Source of the DNA: Candidatus Hermodarchaeota archaeon
GTDB taxonomy: Archaea; Asgardarchaeota; Hermodarchaeia; Hermodarchaeales; Hermodarchaeaceae
Length of the DNA: 64,000 nt
Assembly: GCA_016839805.1 (NCBI GenBank)
Contig: JAEOTO010000006.1
Location: 32,001 to 96,000 of the forward strand
Reading direction: 5' to 3'
The notes beneath the pieces were generated by a model. The model was not told the origin of the DNA. It was given only the letters and a program-made list of their open reading frames with translations, and did no database searches. Positions 39,586 through 49,327 of this stretch are shown here, in pieces. The translations under genes and the position numbers were made by a program. Numbering within the stretch: the stretch's first letter is position 1; each line of letters opens with the position of its first letter.

Positions 39586-39954
39586 ATGTTCATGTCTGAA
39601 GAAGAAAAGCCCTCCGAAGAAACCCCGAAAGAACCCACAGCTGAAGAACCTAAAGACGAGCAAGAGGTATTAGAGCCAGAAGAAGATAGTGATGACATCG
39701 ACGAGGAGCCAATCAAGGAAAAGAAGACTAAACCGAAGAAGACTTCAAAGCAACGGGCAAAATTGACTGTTCTCCAGGCGGCAGTCTTAGAAACTGTTCG
39801 TGAACGACCACAACGTCCACGTGCCATTCAGACCATTATCTATAGTGCGGGTGGTGTAGAGATTCCACGAAATGAAATCATTCGTTCCCTAAATGAATTA
39901 CGTGCAAAGGGTCTTGTTGATAAAGTCTCAGCAAAAGCCTGGCAAGCGAAATAG
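39586..39954 (+). CDS. Acidic N-terminus + winged-helix protein
   Basis: LTVLQAAVLETV...PRNEIIRSLNELRAKGLVDKVSAKAW. Confidence 0.65.
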   Translation: MFMSEEEKPSEETPKEPTAEEPKDEQEVLEPEEDSDDIDEEPIKEKKTKPKKTSKQRAKLTVLQAAVLETVRERPQRPRAIQTIIYSAGGVEIPRNEIIRSLNELRAKGLVDKVSAKAWQAK

Positions 39955-39971
39955 TCACGGTAATACAGGTT

Positions 39972-41510
39972 CTATTTCTTCTTTCCTTTTAATTCAGCGA
40001 GTGCTCGTTCTGCAATATTCATCGCTTTTTGGTATTTTTTCTCAGTTTTTTCTAATTCAATTTGCAGTTTCCGAATCCGGACAGCTAACTTGTTATTTTC
40101 ATCTCGAAGTTGATGGAGTTTTTGTTCAGCTGCTTGGAGTTCGGTTCGTAAGGCATGAACATGTTGTGGGGCTTGACCCCCGTTGGCATCAGCACTAAGC
40201 TGTTGGAAACGTTCAACAGCCGCTTTAATTCGTCCTGCAAAATCTGTTCGGAGACGTATTCTGCGTTTTTCAAGCTCCTCAAGGGTTTGTGGTTCAGCGA
40301 AATCCAGAGGATTAAAGCCTGTGGCACCATGTGTTGTTTCACGGGCGCGAACATCAAGAATTACAGGGACCTGTACCGCATCACCAGCAATAACGGCTTG
40401 ACCCGTATCAAGGCGTTGGATATCTTCACCCCAATCCTTAGAGATGCCTTCTGTACTTGTTACAGTGATATCCACATCTCTGACATCAGTAAGTTGATGA
40501 ATGATCCATGTGCCTACTTGACTGCGAACTGTAGTATCTAGGAGCTGTGGTTTCTGAGTGATTACTACTAGATTAGCTGCAAATTTTCTTCCTTCTTGGG
40601 CAATGAGCCGCATCATGCCGGTTGTTGCGGCTTTTCCTCGGTTTGGTGCGAGAAGATGTGCCTCATCGACAAAACAATAGAAGGGTGGTATTTCACGATT
40701 TACTGCGGCTTGATACAGGTCATTTAATATTTCCTGGGATAGCGCTTCTTGAATACCTAAATCTAATCCTCGGAAGTTGATAATCGTTCCTTGACCAGAG
40801 ACAATCAAATCCTTTGGGTGAGTTCCAAGAAGAGCTTCGATAGGAAGGTCTGCGCCAGGATTTGCATGCAGATCAGCAAATTCAATGACGCTCATCTCAT
40901 AACTTCGTGGTTCCACATTAAACCGTTCATTACCCTCCTCTGCAGGAATCTTCAAACTAGAATACTCGCCATGTCGGTCCAAGACAACTATCGGAATTCC
41001 TTTCTTCAAGAATTCTTCCATAATCACCGCAGTGGTGTAACTCTTTCCACTACCCGTTTTTCCAACAATAAATAATCGACCGAGCTGTTTAACAGGTAAA
41101 CGTACAGGAACTGTATGGTCTGAAAGTTGACCTGCATACACTGACTCCTCAATAGGGATATCGATGCCTAAGGCTGCGCTAACAATTCGTGGGCTGGCCT
41201 TATAGACTAACATCTCAGGATTAAAAGGTGTCCGAGGCATCGGACCAACAACACTACACTGTCCAGTAGTTTTCCCTTTCTCGCGCCATAATTCCTTACA
41301 GAGGAGCAAATACTCTTCGCCCTGATGTGTAATTGAGAGAAAATCATTTCGTCCTACTTCTCCCGGCTTCGTTACCTGAATTCTAAGTGTATGTGTCGTC
41401 GTTTTACCGATGATTTCAGCGACTGGATCCATTTTCTCAGCCTTGGCTGATAAGGCTGAAGAGTTCTCGATCTTAGTAGGTGGTTCATCAGGTGGATTTG
41501 AAGACATCAA
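39972..41510 (-). CDS. HerA/FtsK-family ATPase (DUF87) with C-terminal coiled coil
   Basis: GKTGSGKS, VLDRHGEY, FVDEAH, EGRKF, ITQKP. Confidence 0.88.
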   Translation of the reverse strand: MMSSNPPDEPPTKIENSSALSAKAEKMDPVAEIIGKTTTHTLRIQVTKPGEVGRNDFLSITHQGEEYLLLCKELWREKGKTTGQCSVVGPMPRTPFNPEMLVYKASPRIVSAALGIDIPIEESVYAGQLSDHTVPVRLPVKQLGRLFIVGKTGSGKSYTTAVIMEEFLKKGIPIVVLDRHGEYSSLKIPAEEGNERFNVEPRSYEMSVIEFADLHANPGADLPIEALLGTHPKDLIVSGQGTIINFRGLDLGIQEALSQEILNDLYQAAVNREIPPFYCFVDEAHLLAPNRGKAATTGMMRLIAQEGRKFAANLVVITQKPQLLDTTVRSQVGTWIIHQLTDVRDVDITVTSTEGISKDWGEDIQRLDTGQAVIAGDAVQVPVILDVRARETTHGATGFNPLDFAEPQTLEELEKRRIRLRTDFAGRIKAAVERFQQLSADANGGQAPQHVHALRTELQAAEQKLHQLRDENNKLAVRIRKLQIELEKTEKKYQKAMNIAERALAELKGKKK

Positions 41511-41675
41511 AATTACCTCATGCGTGTAAAGCCTTTGAAAGCACGCCCTTATAGACTTCGCGTGCTATGAAAAGCTTCATCTTTTTCGACCATTTTCTCG
41601 TAGAGAACCAAATGAGCTTCGCTTCTCCTACATCAATTGCATTAACACCTTGATGACGTAAATTCCTATAGTCAG

Positions 41676-42368
41676 GTGCAACAGAACACTTTTTTCCTCA
41701 TTATCCACAGTTCTGTAAGAGGGTTTTTTGCCTTGTCAACAGAGATTCCAATCGGGGAACTATCACCTAGCCTTGCCTTTGGGGCCGCCTACTTCTGCAT
41801 TTCTTCCATTGGTACACGCCTCACAAATATTGCGGAAACCTATACAGAGGAGGGCTTCTTTGGCACAGCCACAGTGGCCTTCCGTATGCCTAACACTGAG
41901 GATCGATTAGAAGTAACACTCCTTGTCGACTCAAAATCTCCCGCTATTCAACTTGAACTTAGTGGAGGAGATGAAGAAAAACAACCAGAATACCTAAAGG
42001 AAATTGCACAACGCATCACTGAAACCCTGGAACTCTTCAGTAATGTTCCAGGCGTCAAATTGTCCCATGCCTCTAAAGCTGTCGTTGTTGAACGGAAAAT
42101 TGACGAGTCACTCAATCAACTCCTTACTGACCCCGATTATCAAAAGGTCTATGTTAAAGTCGCTGACGCTCGTGAACGCCTAATTCGTATTGGTGGTGAC
42201 TTCCAACCCGCTACCCTCGAAATGGGCGCCATCTTGACGCCCCTTGCTGGCAAAACCGGACCCATACCACCAGAGGCGCATGAAGAGCTCGCTTTGAACC
42301 TGCTCCGATGGAAAAAAGAGATTAAGAAAGTCGTAAACCAGCTAACAACAGAAACGGATGAAGAATAA
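41676..42368 (+). CDS. Hypothetical protein
   Basis: Long ORF; no motif recognised; start uncertain. Confidence 0.6.
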   Translation: MQQNTFFLIIHSSVRGFFALSTEIPIGELSPSLAFGAAYFCISSIGTRLTNIAETYTEEGFFGTATVAFRMPNTEDRLEVTLLVDSKSPAIQLELSGGDEEKQPEYLKEIAQRITETLELFSNVPGVKLSHASKAVVVERKIDESLNQLLTDPDYQKVYVKVADARERLIRIGGDFQPATLEMGAILTPLAGKTGPIPPEAHEELALNLLRWKKEIKKVVNQLTTETDEE

Positions 42369-42379
42369 CCCTCACAAGG

Positions 42380-42619
42380 CTATGCGCCATACCGCCACTT
42401 TTCCACTTTTTTATCCTTCTTTGTCTGCTTCTTGAATAGCTTGTAGTGTTTTTGACATAAATAGGTCCGTCGAGCCCGATTATCCTTCAACGATATCCCT
42501 GTTGACTGAAGTGCCTCTCTTGCTTTATCAGTGGCGAAGGATCGAACCGCCTTCTCCTCACATCCTTCCACACTGCAAACTGCGCCCTGCTTCACCTTAC
42601 CCATTCGACCACACCCCAA
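42380..42619 (-). CDS. Small archaeal putative Zn-binding protein
   Basis: CSVEGC...YLCQKHYK. Confidence 0.7.
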   Translation of the reverse strand: MGCGRMGKVKQGAVCSVEGCEEKAVRSFATDKAREALQSTGISLKDNRARRTYLCQKHYKLFKKQTKKDKKVEKWRYGA

Positions 42620-42625
42620 GTAGCT

Positions 42626-43732
42626 CTAAGCATACTCCACCTTGATAGCATCATGACCACATTTTGCTGTACAATCTAAACACAGAATGCAGTCAGGACT
42701 GTAGATTTTTCCAAAAGGACGTTCAATCACATCAATACCTACTGGACATGCAGTTTTGCATCGTTGTCGATCGCAGGTGGGTCCCAGACATTCAGTGGCT
42801 GATCGGGACACGGTGAGGAAACTGAATTGCCCAACAAGGCCCATCATGGCACCAACCGGGCAGATCCAACGGCAATAGGGGCGCCGGATAAAGAGAGCAA
42901 TGAAAATGATAATTGCAAGGAAAATAATTCGAATCCACATAAGAGGGTTCCAAAAAATGGGTGGGGGATTCCACTGCGTCAGGATTGGAGAGACAATTCC
43001 AAATATCCAGAGGTAAGGAAGGATGACGAAGAATGTTCCTGATGGGCTAAGGACAGCCCAGAAGGCAGTACCGAAGGCTCCAAGAGTGGTCACCAACCCT
43101 TGTTCTATTCCAAGAAATGTCGAACTCCCGACCCAAGCTACCATGAATAGGGTGATGAAAAGGATGATGTATTTAATTCGAGAGAGTTGACGATCAGTAT
43201 TTTTTGAGGGATATCGAGTTCGAATCGGAGTGAGAGCGAAGAGGTCTTGAACAAAACCGAAGGGACAAATCCATCCGCAGAAACTTCGACCTACTAAAAT
43301 AGGAACAATAAAAATAACGCCGACAGCGATGAAGGGAAACACGCCTGCTTGACCGATGAATTGAATCATGTCAAAGTACCCAGTTGCGGTGCCTTGTGCT
43401 ATTCCTTGTGGCATATCAAAAGGCATAGGAATATACCCAAAAATTGGGATTAGATACGCGACCCCTGCAAAGATAGTGGAGAACAAGGGGTCGTATCCTA
43501 ATACAAAAACAATACCTGCATAGAATAATAATAGAAAGGCGATGAGCTGGACTACGAATCGAATAATGCGAATGGCAAGCAATTCGTCAAAGGCTTTCTT
43601 CACCCAGTAGTGGAGGGTTTTATGTGGACGGCTCTTTTCTAGAAGGATTTTCTTCCATCGGGTAAATACTCGGCCAATGCGGACCCAGAAGCGTTCTGTT
43701 TCCTCTGGTGTTTCGGCTTCGTTTTCGCTCAT
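42626..43732 (-). CDS. Membrane 4Fe-4S protein (NapH/MauN-like)
   Basis: GRSFCGWICPFG, RPYCRWICPVGA, CILCLDC; start placed at MSENE after a GAGGAG SD. Confidence 0.88.
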   Translation of the reverse strand: MSENEAETPEETERFWVRIGRVFTRWKKILLEKSRPHKTLHYWVKKAFDELLAIRIIRFVVQLIAFLLLFYAGIVFVLGYDPLFSTIFAGVAYLIPIFGYIPMPFDMPQGIAQGTATGYFDMIQFIGQAGVFPFIAVGVIFIVPILVGRSFCGWICPFGFVQDLFALTPIRTRYPSKNTDRQLSRIKYIILFITLFMVAWVGSSTFLGIEQGLVTTLGAFGTAFWAVLSPSGTFFVILPYLWIFGIVSPILTQWNPPPIFWNPLMWIRIIFLAIIIFIALFIRRPYCRWICPVGAMMGLVGQFSFLTVSRSATECLGPTCDRQRCKTACPVGIDVIERPFGKIYSPDCILCLDCTAKCGHDAIKVEYA

Positions 43733-43745
43733 TTTCTTACTCTCC

Positions 43746-43901
43746 TCAGGGTAGTAGCGGTTGTGGGAAGTAAGGTGCATATGCATCGGAGAAGACTTGG
43801 AGCCATGAGCGAACGATCTCATGTTGCCCGAGACTTAATCCGAAAGCGAGGGCTGCAAAACCTATGCAGAGGATGGCAATAGCAATGACTCGTCGGTTCA
43901 T
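43746..43901 (-). CDS. 51-aa membrane peptide (not in the ORF track)
   Basis: MNRRVIAIAILCIGFAALAFGLSLGQHEIVRSWLQVFSDAYAPYFPQPLLP*; GAGGT SD upstream; stop 13 bp before the 4Fe-4S gene start. Confidence 0.6.
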   Translation of the reverse strand: MNRRVIAIAILCIGFAALAFGLSLGQHEIVRSWLQVFSDAYAPYFPQPLLP

Positions 43902-43995
43902 GAATACTTACCTCTGGTGAGAGGTTCAGAAATGCACTAGCGTATAAAATGTTTTGCGTTGGGTCGAGCTTTTCTACTTCACGAGGAAAATTTGG

Positions 43996-44748
43996 TTAGA
44001 AATCGCGTAGAACGGTTTCGAAGATTTCGACTTGGTGTCCAAGAACTTTGGACCGTTTCTCTAATTTTGTTTTCCGAGACTTATAATCCGTTTCTTTGAC
44101 TTCACCCACAGAGTGACGGGCATCTAAAAGCGATAATTCATCTCGGACTGCCTTATACTGAGCTTTGAGTAGTGCCAACCATTCACGGGCTATGACGACT
44201 TGTTCCTGATATTGAGCATCAGTTTCAGATTGGTTCTTCTTATACTCTTCCTGGAGCCGTAGATAGACACTTTCACGAACTTTGCCCTCCTCCTTAAGCC
44301 CCTCCAGTTTCTCAATCCGATCTTTCCATCGGTGGCGCTCCTTGCCTGCCTTTTCAAAATTAAATTCTTTGACCTTAGCTTTCAGTTTCTTTTCACGGGC
44401 CTTCAAAGCCTTAATCTTCTTTTGCAAAGGTTTGATTTCCTTTTCTAACTCAGCAATCGACCGATCGCCTTGCTCTAACTCTTTATCGAGCTTTTCTAAT
44501 TCTTTAAGAAGCTCTGTTTCTTCTTCTTCCAAGCTCATTATTTCAGATCGAGCTTCCAACTGTCTAAGCACTTCGGCAGGCACTTCAGTAACAGGCTCTC
44601 GATCTGGCACCACAGGTACTGCCCGACTAGTAGTCACTGGGCGAGATACCGGAGTCGACACAGATGGACCTAATTTGGCACCGCAATATTTACAAAACTT
44701 CGCTGAATCCTTCACCGATTGCCCGCAGTTAGAACATATACGTGGCAT
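43996..44748 (-). CDS. Zinc-ribbon + CdvA-like coiled-coil protein
   Basis: CSNCG...FCKYCG; IEKLEGLKEEGKVRESVYLRLQEEY and LDARHSVGEVKETDY. Confidence 0.7.
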   Translation of the reverse strand: MPRICSNCGQSVKDSAKFCKYCGAKLGPSVSTPVSRPVTTSRAVPVVPDREPVTEVPAEVLRQLEARSEIMSLEEEETELLKELEKLDKELEQGDRSIAELEKEIKPLQKKIKALKAREKKLKAKVKEFNFEKAGKERHRWKDRIEKLEGLKEEGKVRESVYLRLQEEYKKNQSETDAQYQEQVVIAREWLALLKAQYKAVRDELSLLDARHSVGEVKETDYKSRKTKLEKRSKVLGHQVEIFETVLRDF

Positions 44749-44893
44749 ACACTCACCTGCCGAATCTCTTATAATTTCACACCTAAAATCCTTCGCTAAC
44801 CCAAATTTTACATTACAAAAAATATCAAAATTTCCGTAAAGTATATGCCCACGAAGTTAGCACCACTACATGAACATAAGAGGGACAGGAACG

Positions 44894-45784
44894 ATGCAAT
44901 TCGATCTGTTTAGCTTCATCCTAACCTATTGGTGGATTATCGTAATCCTCGTCTTCATCATCATACTCCTTCTCATCGTCCCCTTCATCAAAATCCTCAA
45001 AGAGTACGAACGAGCCGTCATCTTCCGCCTCGGACGCGCCGTACCCGGCGTCAAAGGCCCCGGAGTTGTCATCCTACTACCAATTCTGGACAAAATGGTC
45101 AAAGTCGATCTCCGCGAACAATACTTCGAAATCGAACACCAACGCTGTATCACCAGTGACAACGCCCCCGTCGACATCGACCTCCTCATCTACCACCGCG
45201 TCATCAACGCCCGAGACAGCGTCCTCCGCATCCGCGACTTCAGCGGCGCCGCCCTCGGCATCAGCCAAACCACCCTACGCGCCGTCGTCGGCGACATCAC
45301 CCTCGACGACGTCCTCGCCAAACGCGAATACATCAACAGCATACTCCGAGAAAAACTCGACGAAAACACTGAGCCATGGGGTGTCAAAGTTACTAAGGTG
45401 GAAATCCGTGAGATTCTTCCTCCTACGAAGGTAAATGAGGCGATGATCATGCAGATGGAAGCCGAGAGGCGACGTCGTGCTATGGTCACGGAGGCTGCGG
45501 GTAAACGTGAGGCGACGATTGCTGTTGCTGAGGGTGATAAGCGGTCTGCGATTCTGAAAGCTGAGGGTGACAGGGAGGCTTCTATTCTTCGGGCTGAAGG
45601 TGAAGCGCTGGCTTTACAGAAGGTCTTCGATGTTGCGAAGGGTATTGATGAGAAGACAATGACGCTTCAGTACCTGAATACCTTACAGGTTATTGGCGCA
45701 AGTGAGAGTACGAAGTATGTGATTCCCATCGAGTTTACCCAGCTCATTTCGCCGATTCAAAAATTCTTGAAGGCTGTCAAGTAG
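44894..45784 (+). CDS. SPFH/band-7 (stomatin-like) membrane protein
   Basis: N-terminal TM, EYERAVIFRLGR, QTTLRAVVG, WGVKVTKVEI, AERRRRA. Confidence 0.93.
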   Translation: MQFDLFSFILTYWWIIVILVFIIILLLIVPFIKILKEYERAVIFRLGRAVPGVKGPGVVILLPILDKMVKVDLREQYFEIEHQRCITSDNAPVDIDLLIYHRVINARDSVLRIRDFSGAALGISQTTLRAVVGDITLDDVLAKREYINSILREKLDENTEPWGVKVTKVEIREILPPTKVNEAMIMQMEAERRRRAMVTEAAGKREATIAVAEGDKRSAILKAEGDREASILRAEGEALALQKVFDVAKGIDEKTMTLQYLNTLQVIGASESTKYVIPIEFTQLISPIQKFLKAVK

Positions 45785-45805
45785 GACTGGTTTACGATAT
45801 TCCCT

Positions 45806-45832
45806 GAGCCAGGTAGACGTTCTACCTGGTTC
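45806..45832. terminator. Hairpin between convergent genes
   Basis: GAGCCAGGTAGA-CGT-TCTACCTGGTTC. Confidence 0.45.
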
Positions 45833-45850
45833 CTCGTCTCATATTACGTG

Positions 45851-46162
45851 CTATTTGGCCGCGGCTTGAATCTTTTCCTTGGCTGTTTCTCGGGTATCGT
45901 TATCCAAGACAGTGGTGTAGGAGTCATAGCCAGGTAGGCCGGTGGTGATTTCTTCGATGAGGAGCATGAGGGCTTTTTCGGCATCAAGGTCCCGTACTTC
46001 AAGGCTGGCATCATCAAAGATGAAACTTGCTTCTTTCCATTTCCCTTCTCCGATTTGATACATCAAATACAGGTAATCATCAGTCATGAGTATGGCGGAT
46101 TTGACTTTCCATGCTTCTTCTAAGATTTCGAGAGTTTTGTTGGCGTTCTCCTCTTTGCTCAT
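45851..46162 (-). CDS. Hypothetical protein
   Basis: 103-aa ORF co-oriented with endA. Confidence 0.6.
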   Translation of the reverse strand: MSKEENANKTLEILEEAWKVKSAILMTDDYLYLMYQIGEGKWKEASFIFDDASLEVRDLDAEKALMLLIEEITTGLPGYDSYTTVLDNDTRETAKEKIQAAAK

Positions 46163-46243
46163 GAGACATCACTTCAGTGTAAGTGTACTTTACATTGGCG
46201 CATAAAAATCCGGTGGTAAAAAAGTGGTGGTTCTTACAAGGAT

Positions 46244-46804
46244 TTAGGGTTTGATCCAGGAGAAAACGAAGTAGCGGATTTTCCCTTTTTCGGTGGAAGT
46301 GGCTAGGACAAATCGTTTCCGTACGGAGGTGGCGAGTCGACCAGCACGGACAACTTCGATGGCTGAGACTTCATCGGATTTCGCAATTACCTCGACGATG
46401 AAAAGCGAATGATCGATACCCGGACCTTGCCGGTAAACTGCAAAATCTGCTCCAAATTTGAGTCCCGGGCGAACGACGAATCCGCGTTTTCTGAGGTCCT
46501 CATACACCTGGTACTTCCGACTGAAATCTTGATGGTGCTCCTCAGCGATGGCAATTAGTCTCCTTTCGTCTAATGGAGCTTTAGGGTCCTCTATGAATAT
46601 CTCGATGGTGCCCTTACGAAGTAGGTGAAGAGCTTCGAAGAAGGATAGTTGGGAGGGGCGGTCGAATTCAGTGGTTTTAGGCTTTCGAATGCCAAGTGGT
46701 TTGCCATAGAATCCATTGCTATATAGCTTTGAACCGTCTGCGGGGTCCCAGACAATGACTTTGTTTTCTACAATTTGGGTTGGAATACGTTGCGTGGCTG
46801 GCAT
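46244..46804 (-). CDS. endA: tRNA-splicing endonuclease (single catalytic unit)
   Basis: LSFFEAL, VYEDLRKRGF, GLKFGADFAVY, HS, SVRK (Y/H/K triad). Confidence 0.92.
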   Translation of the reverse strand: MPATQRIPTQIVENKVIVWDPADGSKLYSNGFYGKPLGIRKPKTTEFDRPSQLSFFEALHLLRKGTIEIFIEDPKAPLDERRLIAIAEEHHQDFSRKYQVYEDLRKRGFVVRPGLKFGADFAVYRQGPGIDHSLFIVEVIAKSDEVSAIEVVRAGRLATSVRKRFVLATSTEKGKIRYFVFSWIKP

Positions 46805-46862
46805 TATAAATTACCTGGAATTCGACTGAGGTATTCAGAGGATTGGTGATTTAAAAGGAGTC

Positions 46863-47516
46863 CTATGGAATCCGAGCAATTGCGATAATTCTGACTGCGT
46901 CAGCAGCATCTTCAGCAGCGTCCGCAATTTCCTCAAGATGTTGTCCTAAATCCTTTAGGCGTAATAAGACTTTGATATCAAGATTGGACTGATAGAGGAA
47001 CTGTCCAAATTTGCGATGAGCAGCATCAGCATCTCGCTCAGCTGAATCAACTTCCATGGCCATTTCAACGGCTTTGTCAGAGTTCTGCTTTAAGAACAGA
47101 ATAGCCTGCCTCATCTTATATACAGCATCAGAAAGCGCATCCAACATCGCTTTGAAGTGTCCTCGTGTCTTCTTATCAGGTTGAAATTCTTCAAGACCTG
47201 AAAGGTCCCAGGCTGAAGCCTCACAAAGATCAGCGATATCGTCAGTTCGCATGACTAAACGGAAGTAATCACTTCGTCGGAGCATCGTTTCTGCAACGGA
47301 TAATTCATCCAAAATTACTCGTTTGATACTGTCAGCTTTCCGTTCCAGTTTCGCTAGTTTGTTAAAATGGTCACGGTGTCGTCCCTTTTTTCCTTCCATC
47401 CAGTCTTCAATCATGACGCGGAGGGCTTTTGCCGCTTGTAGAACAACACCCGCATGATCTTGAGCAATAGCTATTGCTTTGTATTCAGCACGATTTCCTG
47501 CGCGTTCTAAGGTCAC
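46863..47516 (-). CDS. DUF47/PhoU-like phosphate transport regulator
   Basis: LERKADSIKR, DDIADLCE, AERDAD, LEEIADAAEDAAD. Confidence 0.85.
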   Translation of the reverse strand: MTLERAGNRAEYKAIAIAQDHAGVVLQAAKALRVMIEDWMEGKKGRHRDHFNKLAKLERKADSIKRVILDELSVAETMLRRSDYFRLVMRTDDIADLCEASAWDLSGLEEFQPDKKTRGHFKAMLDALSDAVYKMRQAILFLKQNSDKAVEMAMEVDSAERDADAAHRKFGQFLYQSNLDIKVLLRLKDLGQHLEEIADAAEDAADAVRIIAIARIP

Positions 47517-47584
47517 GTTCGTTCAACCTCTCGGCGTGGGTGGGTCAGGTACACCTCTATTAAAGCCTATCGTATGCACTTTAT

Positions 47585-47802
47585 CAAAAGTTGTGAGAAG
47601 AACCCGTCCGTCAGGGCGGGGAGGAATCGCGGAGTTTAAAAGGCTCGATAAATAGACACGGGTGAGGTCCCGGTTGGGAGCCGAGAACCAAGGCGTACTT
47701 GACCGGGCAATATCGCCGGAACGGTGAGTAGAGCCTGTGGACCAGTCGGCACTAGTCGATGGCGTGAAGCAGGAAACCCCCCTTCAGGTCGGGGTAGTTC
47801 AC
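47585..47802 (+). mobile_element. Non-autonomous IS200/IS605-family mini-element (left end, omegaRNA-like scaffold, right end; no ORF)
   Basis: LE hairpin CCCGTCC-GTCA-GGGCGGG; GCCTGTGGA...GAAGCAGGAA; RE ACCCCCCTTCAGGTCGGGGTAGTTCAC. Left boundary uncertain (after TTTAT 47584 or TTGT 47594). Confidence 0.75.
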
Positions 47803-48662
47803 CATGGAACTCCGAAAATTATTGTAGGAATCGTGAGAATCAAGACAATGGCTCCTAAAATGACACAAAAGATCCACCATGGAATACGTACGGCGGAGTA
47901 TCGAAGTACCGTTAGTACTCCTAAACCAGTGAGAAAAGCTACTATCACCATCATTGCGAAAAATGTCCAAGGTAGAACAAAAAGTGCTTCGCCAAAGATG
48001 AGGTCAAGAGCCACTACACCAAAAGTCGCGGGAACGGCTAAAATGAAGCTCAAGCGAAGTGCTTCTTCGCGCTTTACGCCCCGAACTAGTAACCAGGTTA
48101 ATGTCATTCCCGACCGGCTAATTCCTGGTAACACGGCAATTCCTTGAAGTAATCCTAACACGAAGGCTTCTCTAAGGGAGATGTCGATTAGTAACAAATC
48201 ACCCTGAACACCTCGCTGAAAATACAACACCACACCTGTAACAATCAAAAGGATTCCAACAAAAGCCGTGATCACATTTCCCAAGAAGTATGTTACAAAT
48301 CCTTGGAGAAAAAAGTACAACGGCAAAGCCACAACAACAGTACCAAGTGTGCCTACAATTACAAAAACAAAGAGTGGACCAAACAACTTCTTTGAGCTTG
48401 TTTTTGTAGTCATTTCTTCCTTTGTTGGAGGTGATATTCGCGCGTATAACGGACTAAAAATATCGCGGTGATAAAAGACAATGATTGTGAAAGCTGTACC
48501 AAGATGCAACCAGAAGATAAGCGAGAGTGTAAAAGCGGCGTCAAAATGATATATGTTAACAGCAACAAGCAATATCTGCCCCTCACTGCTCACTGGTAGA
48601 AACTCAAGCAGACCCTGCATCAGCGCTAGCAAAAGAAGCGGAATAATCATACTCGCCTTCAC
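47799..48662 (-). CDS. uppP: Undecaprenyl-diphosphate phosphatase (BacA family)
   Basis: QGLLEFLPVSSEG, HLGT, LPGISRSGMT. Confidence 0.92.
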   Translation of the reverse strand: MKASMIIPLLLLALMQGLLEFLPVSSEGQILLVAVNIYHFDAAFTLSLIFWLHLGTAFTIIVFYHRDIFSPLYARISPPTKEEMTTKTSSKKLFGPLFVFVIVGTLGTVVVALPLYFFLQGFVTYFLGNVITAFVGILLIVTGVVLYFQRGVQGDLLLIDISLREAFVLGLLQGIAVLPGISRSGMTLTWLLVRGVKREEALRLSFILAVPATFGVVALDLIFGEALFVLPWTFFAMMVIVAFLTGLGVLTVLRYSAVRIPWWIFCVILGAIVLILTIPTIIFGVPW

Positions 48663-48677
48663 CTATGCTAGTCACCG

Positions 48678-49196
48678 ATGAGACGAACTTCACCTATAAG
48701 GATTATCAGTCAAACCGCGGACCAAAAAGCACACAATCAATCCAAACAGTTACCCCTTATTGTTCCTTTCTGCTTTTTATTGAAGGCGAATCGCTTAAAA
48801 CCTGCCGTTGTCAAATTCTTTCGAGGATTGGCAGTGGATAACGATCAGAAGACCCCCTCAATTAAAAATAAGAAATTAACTGTCCTTCGTGAAATCGTAC
48901 AAGGAGATCTCACCAGACGCGAAATTCTACGGTGTCTTAGCGATGGGATGTGGCACACAACTTCCGAACTAGCACGGTACGCGCGAAAAACCAATCCTGT
49001 CATGGGGCTGGTGACAGTTGGTACCATTCTTAGTCGAATGCGAGAACAACTGGGGGAACACTTCTTAGAACAAATGGTCCAGAAAGCGGAAGAAGGCATT
49101 ACTTCTTGGCGGATTGGTGTGGATTGGCTGGATATTGTTAACGAAGCCCTTAAAGAAGATGAAACGCCATCGAGTTCATCAATTTTTAACGCTTGA
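48678..49196 (+). CDS. Winged-helix protein (true start probably ~48834)
   Basis: TRREILRCLSDGMWHTTSELAR...WRI. Confidence 0.6.
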   Translation: MRRTSPIRIISQTADQKAHNQSKQLPLIVPFCFLLKANRLKPAVVKFFRGLAVDNDQKTPSIKNKKLTVLREIVQGDLTRREILRCLSDGMWHTTSELARYARKTNPVMGLVTVGTILSRMREQLGEHFLEQMVQKAEEGITSWRIGVDWLDIVNEALKEDETPSSSSIFNA

Positions 49197-49327
49197 GCTA
49201 ACCCTTTTACTTCATTTGGAAAACACAGGGCTTAACACAGCCTCCACTAATAATCGGTCTTTTTATCGGTGTAAAACTTAAGTAGGAGCAGTAAGAACGG
49301 TTATTTTAGAAAAAAAGGGTGTAGTAA

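Noticed and set aside
47737-48147. 136-aa ORF starting in the mini-element
   Set aside because: Mostly antisense to uppP; no transposase motifs.
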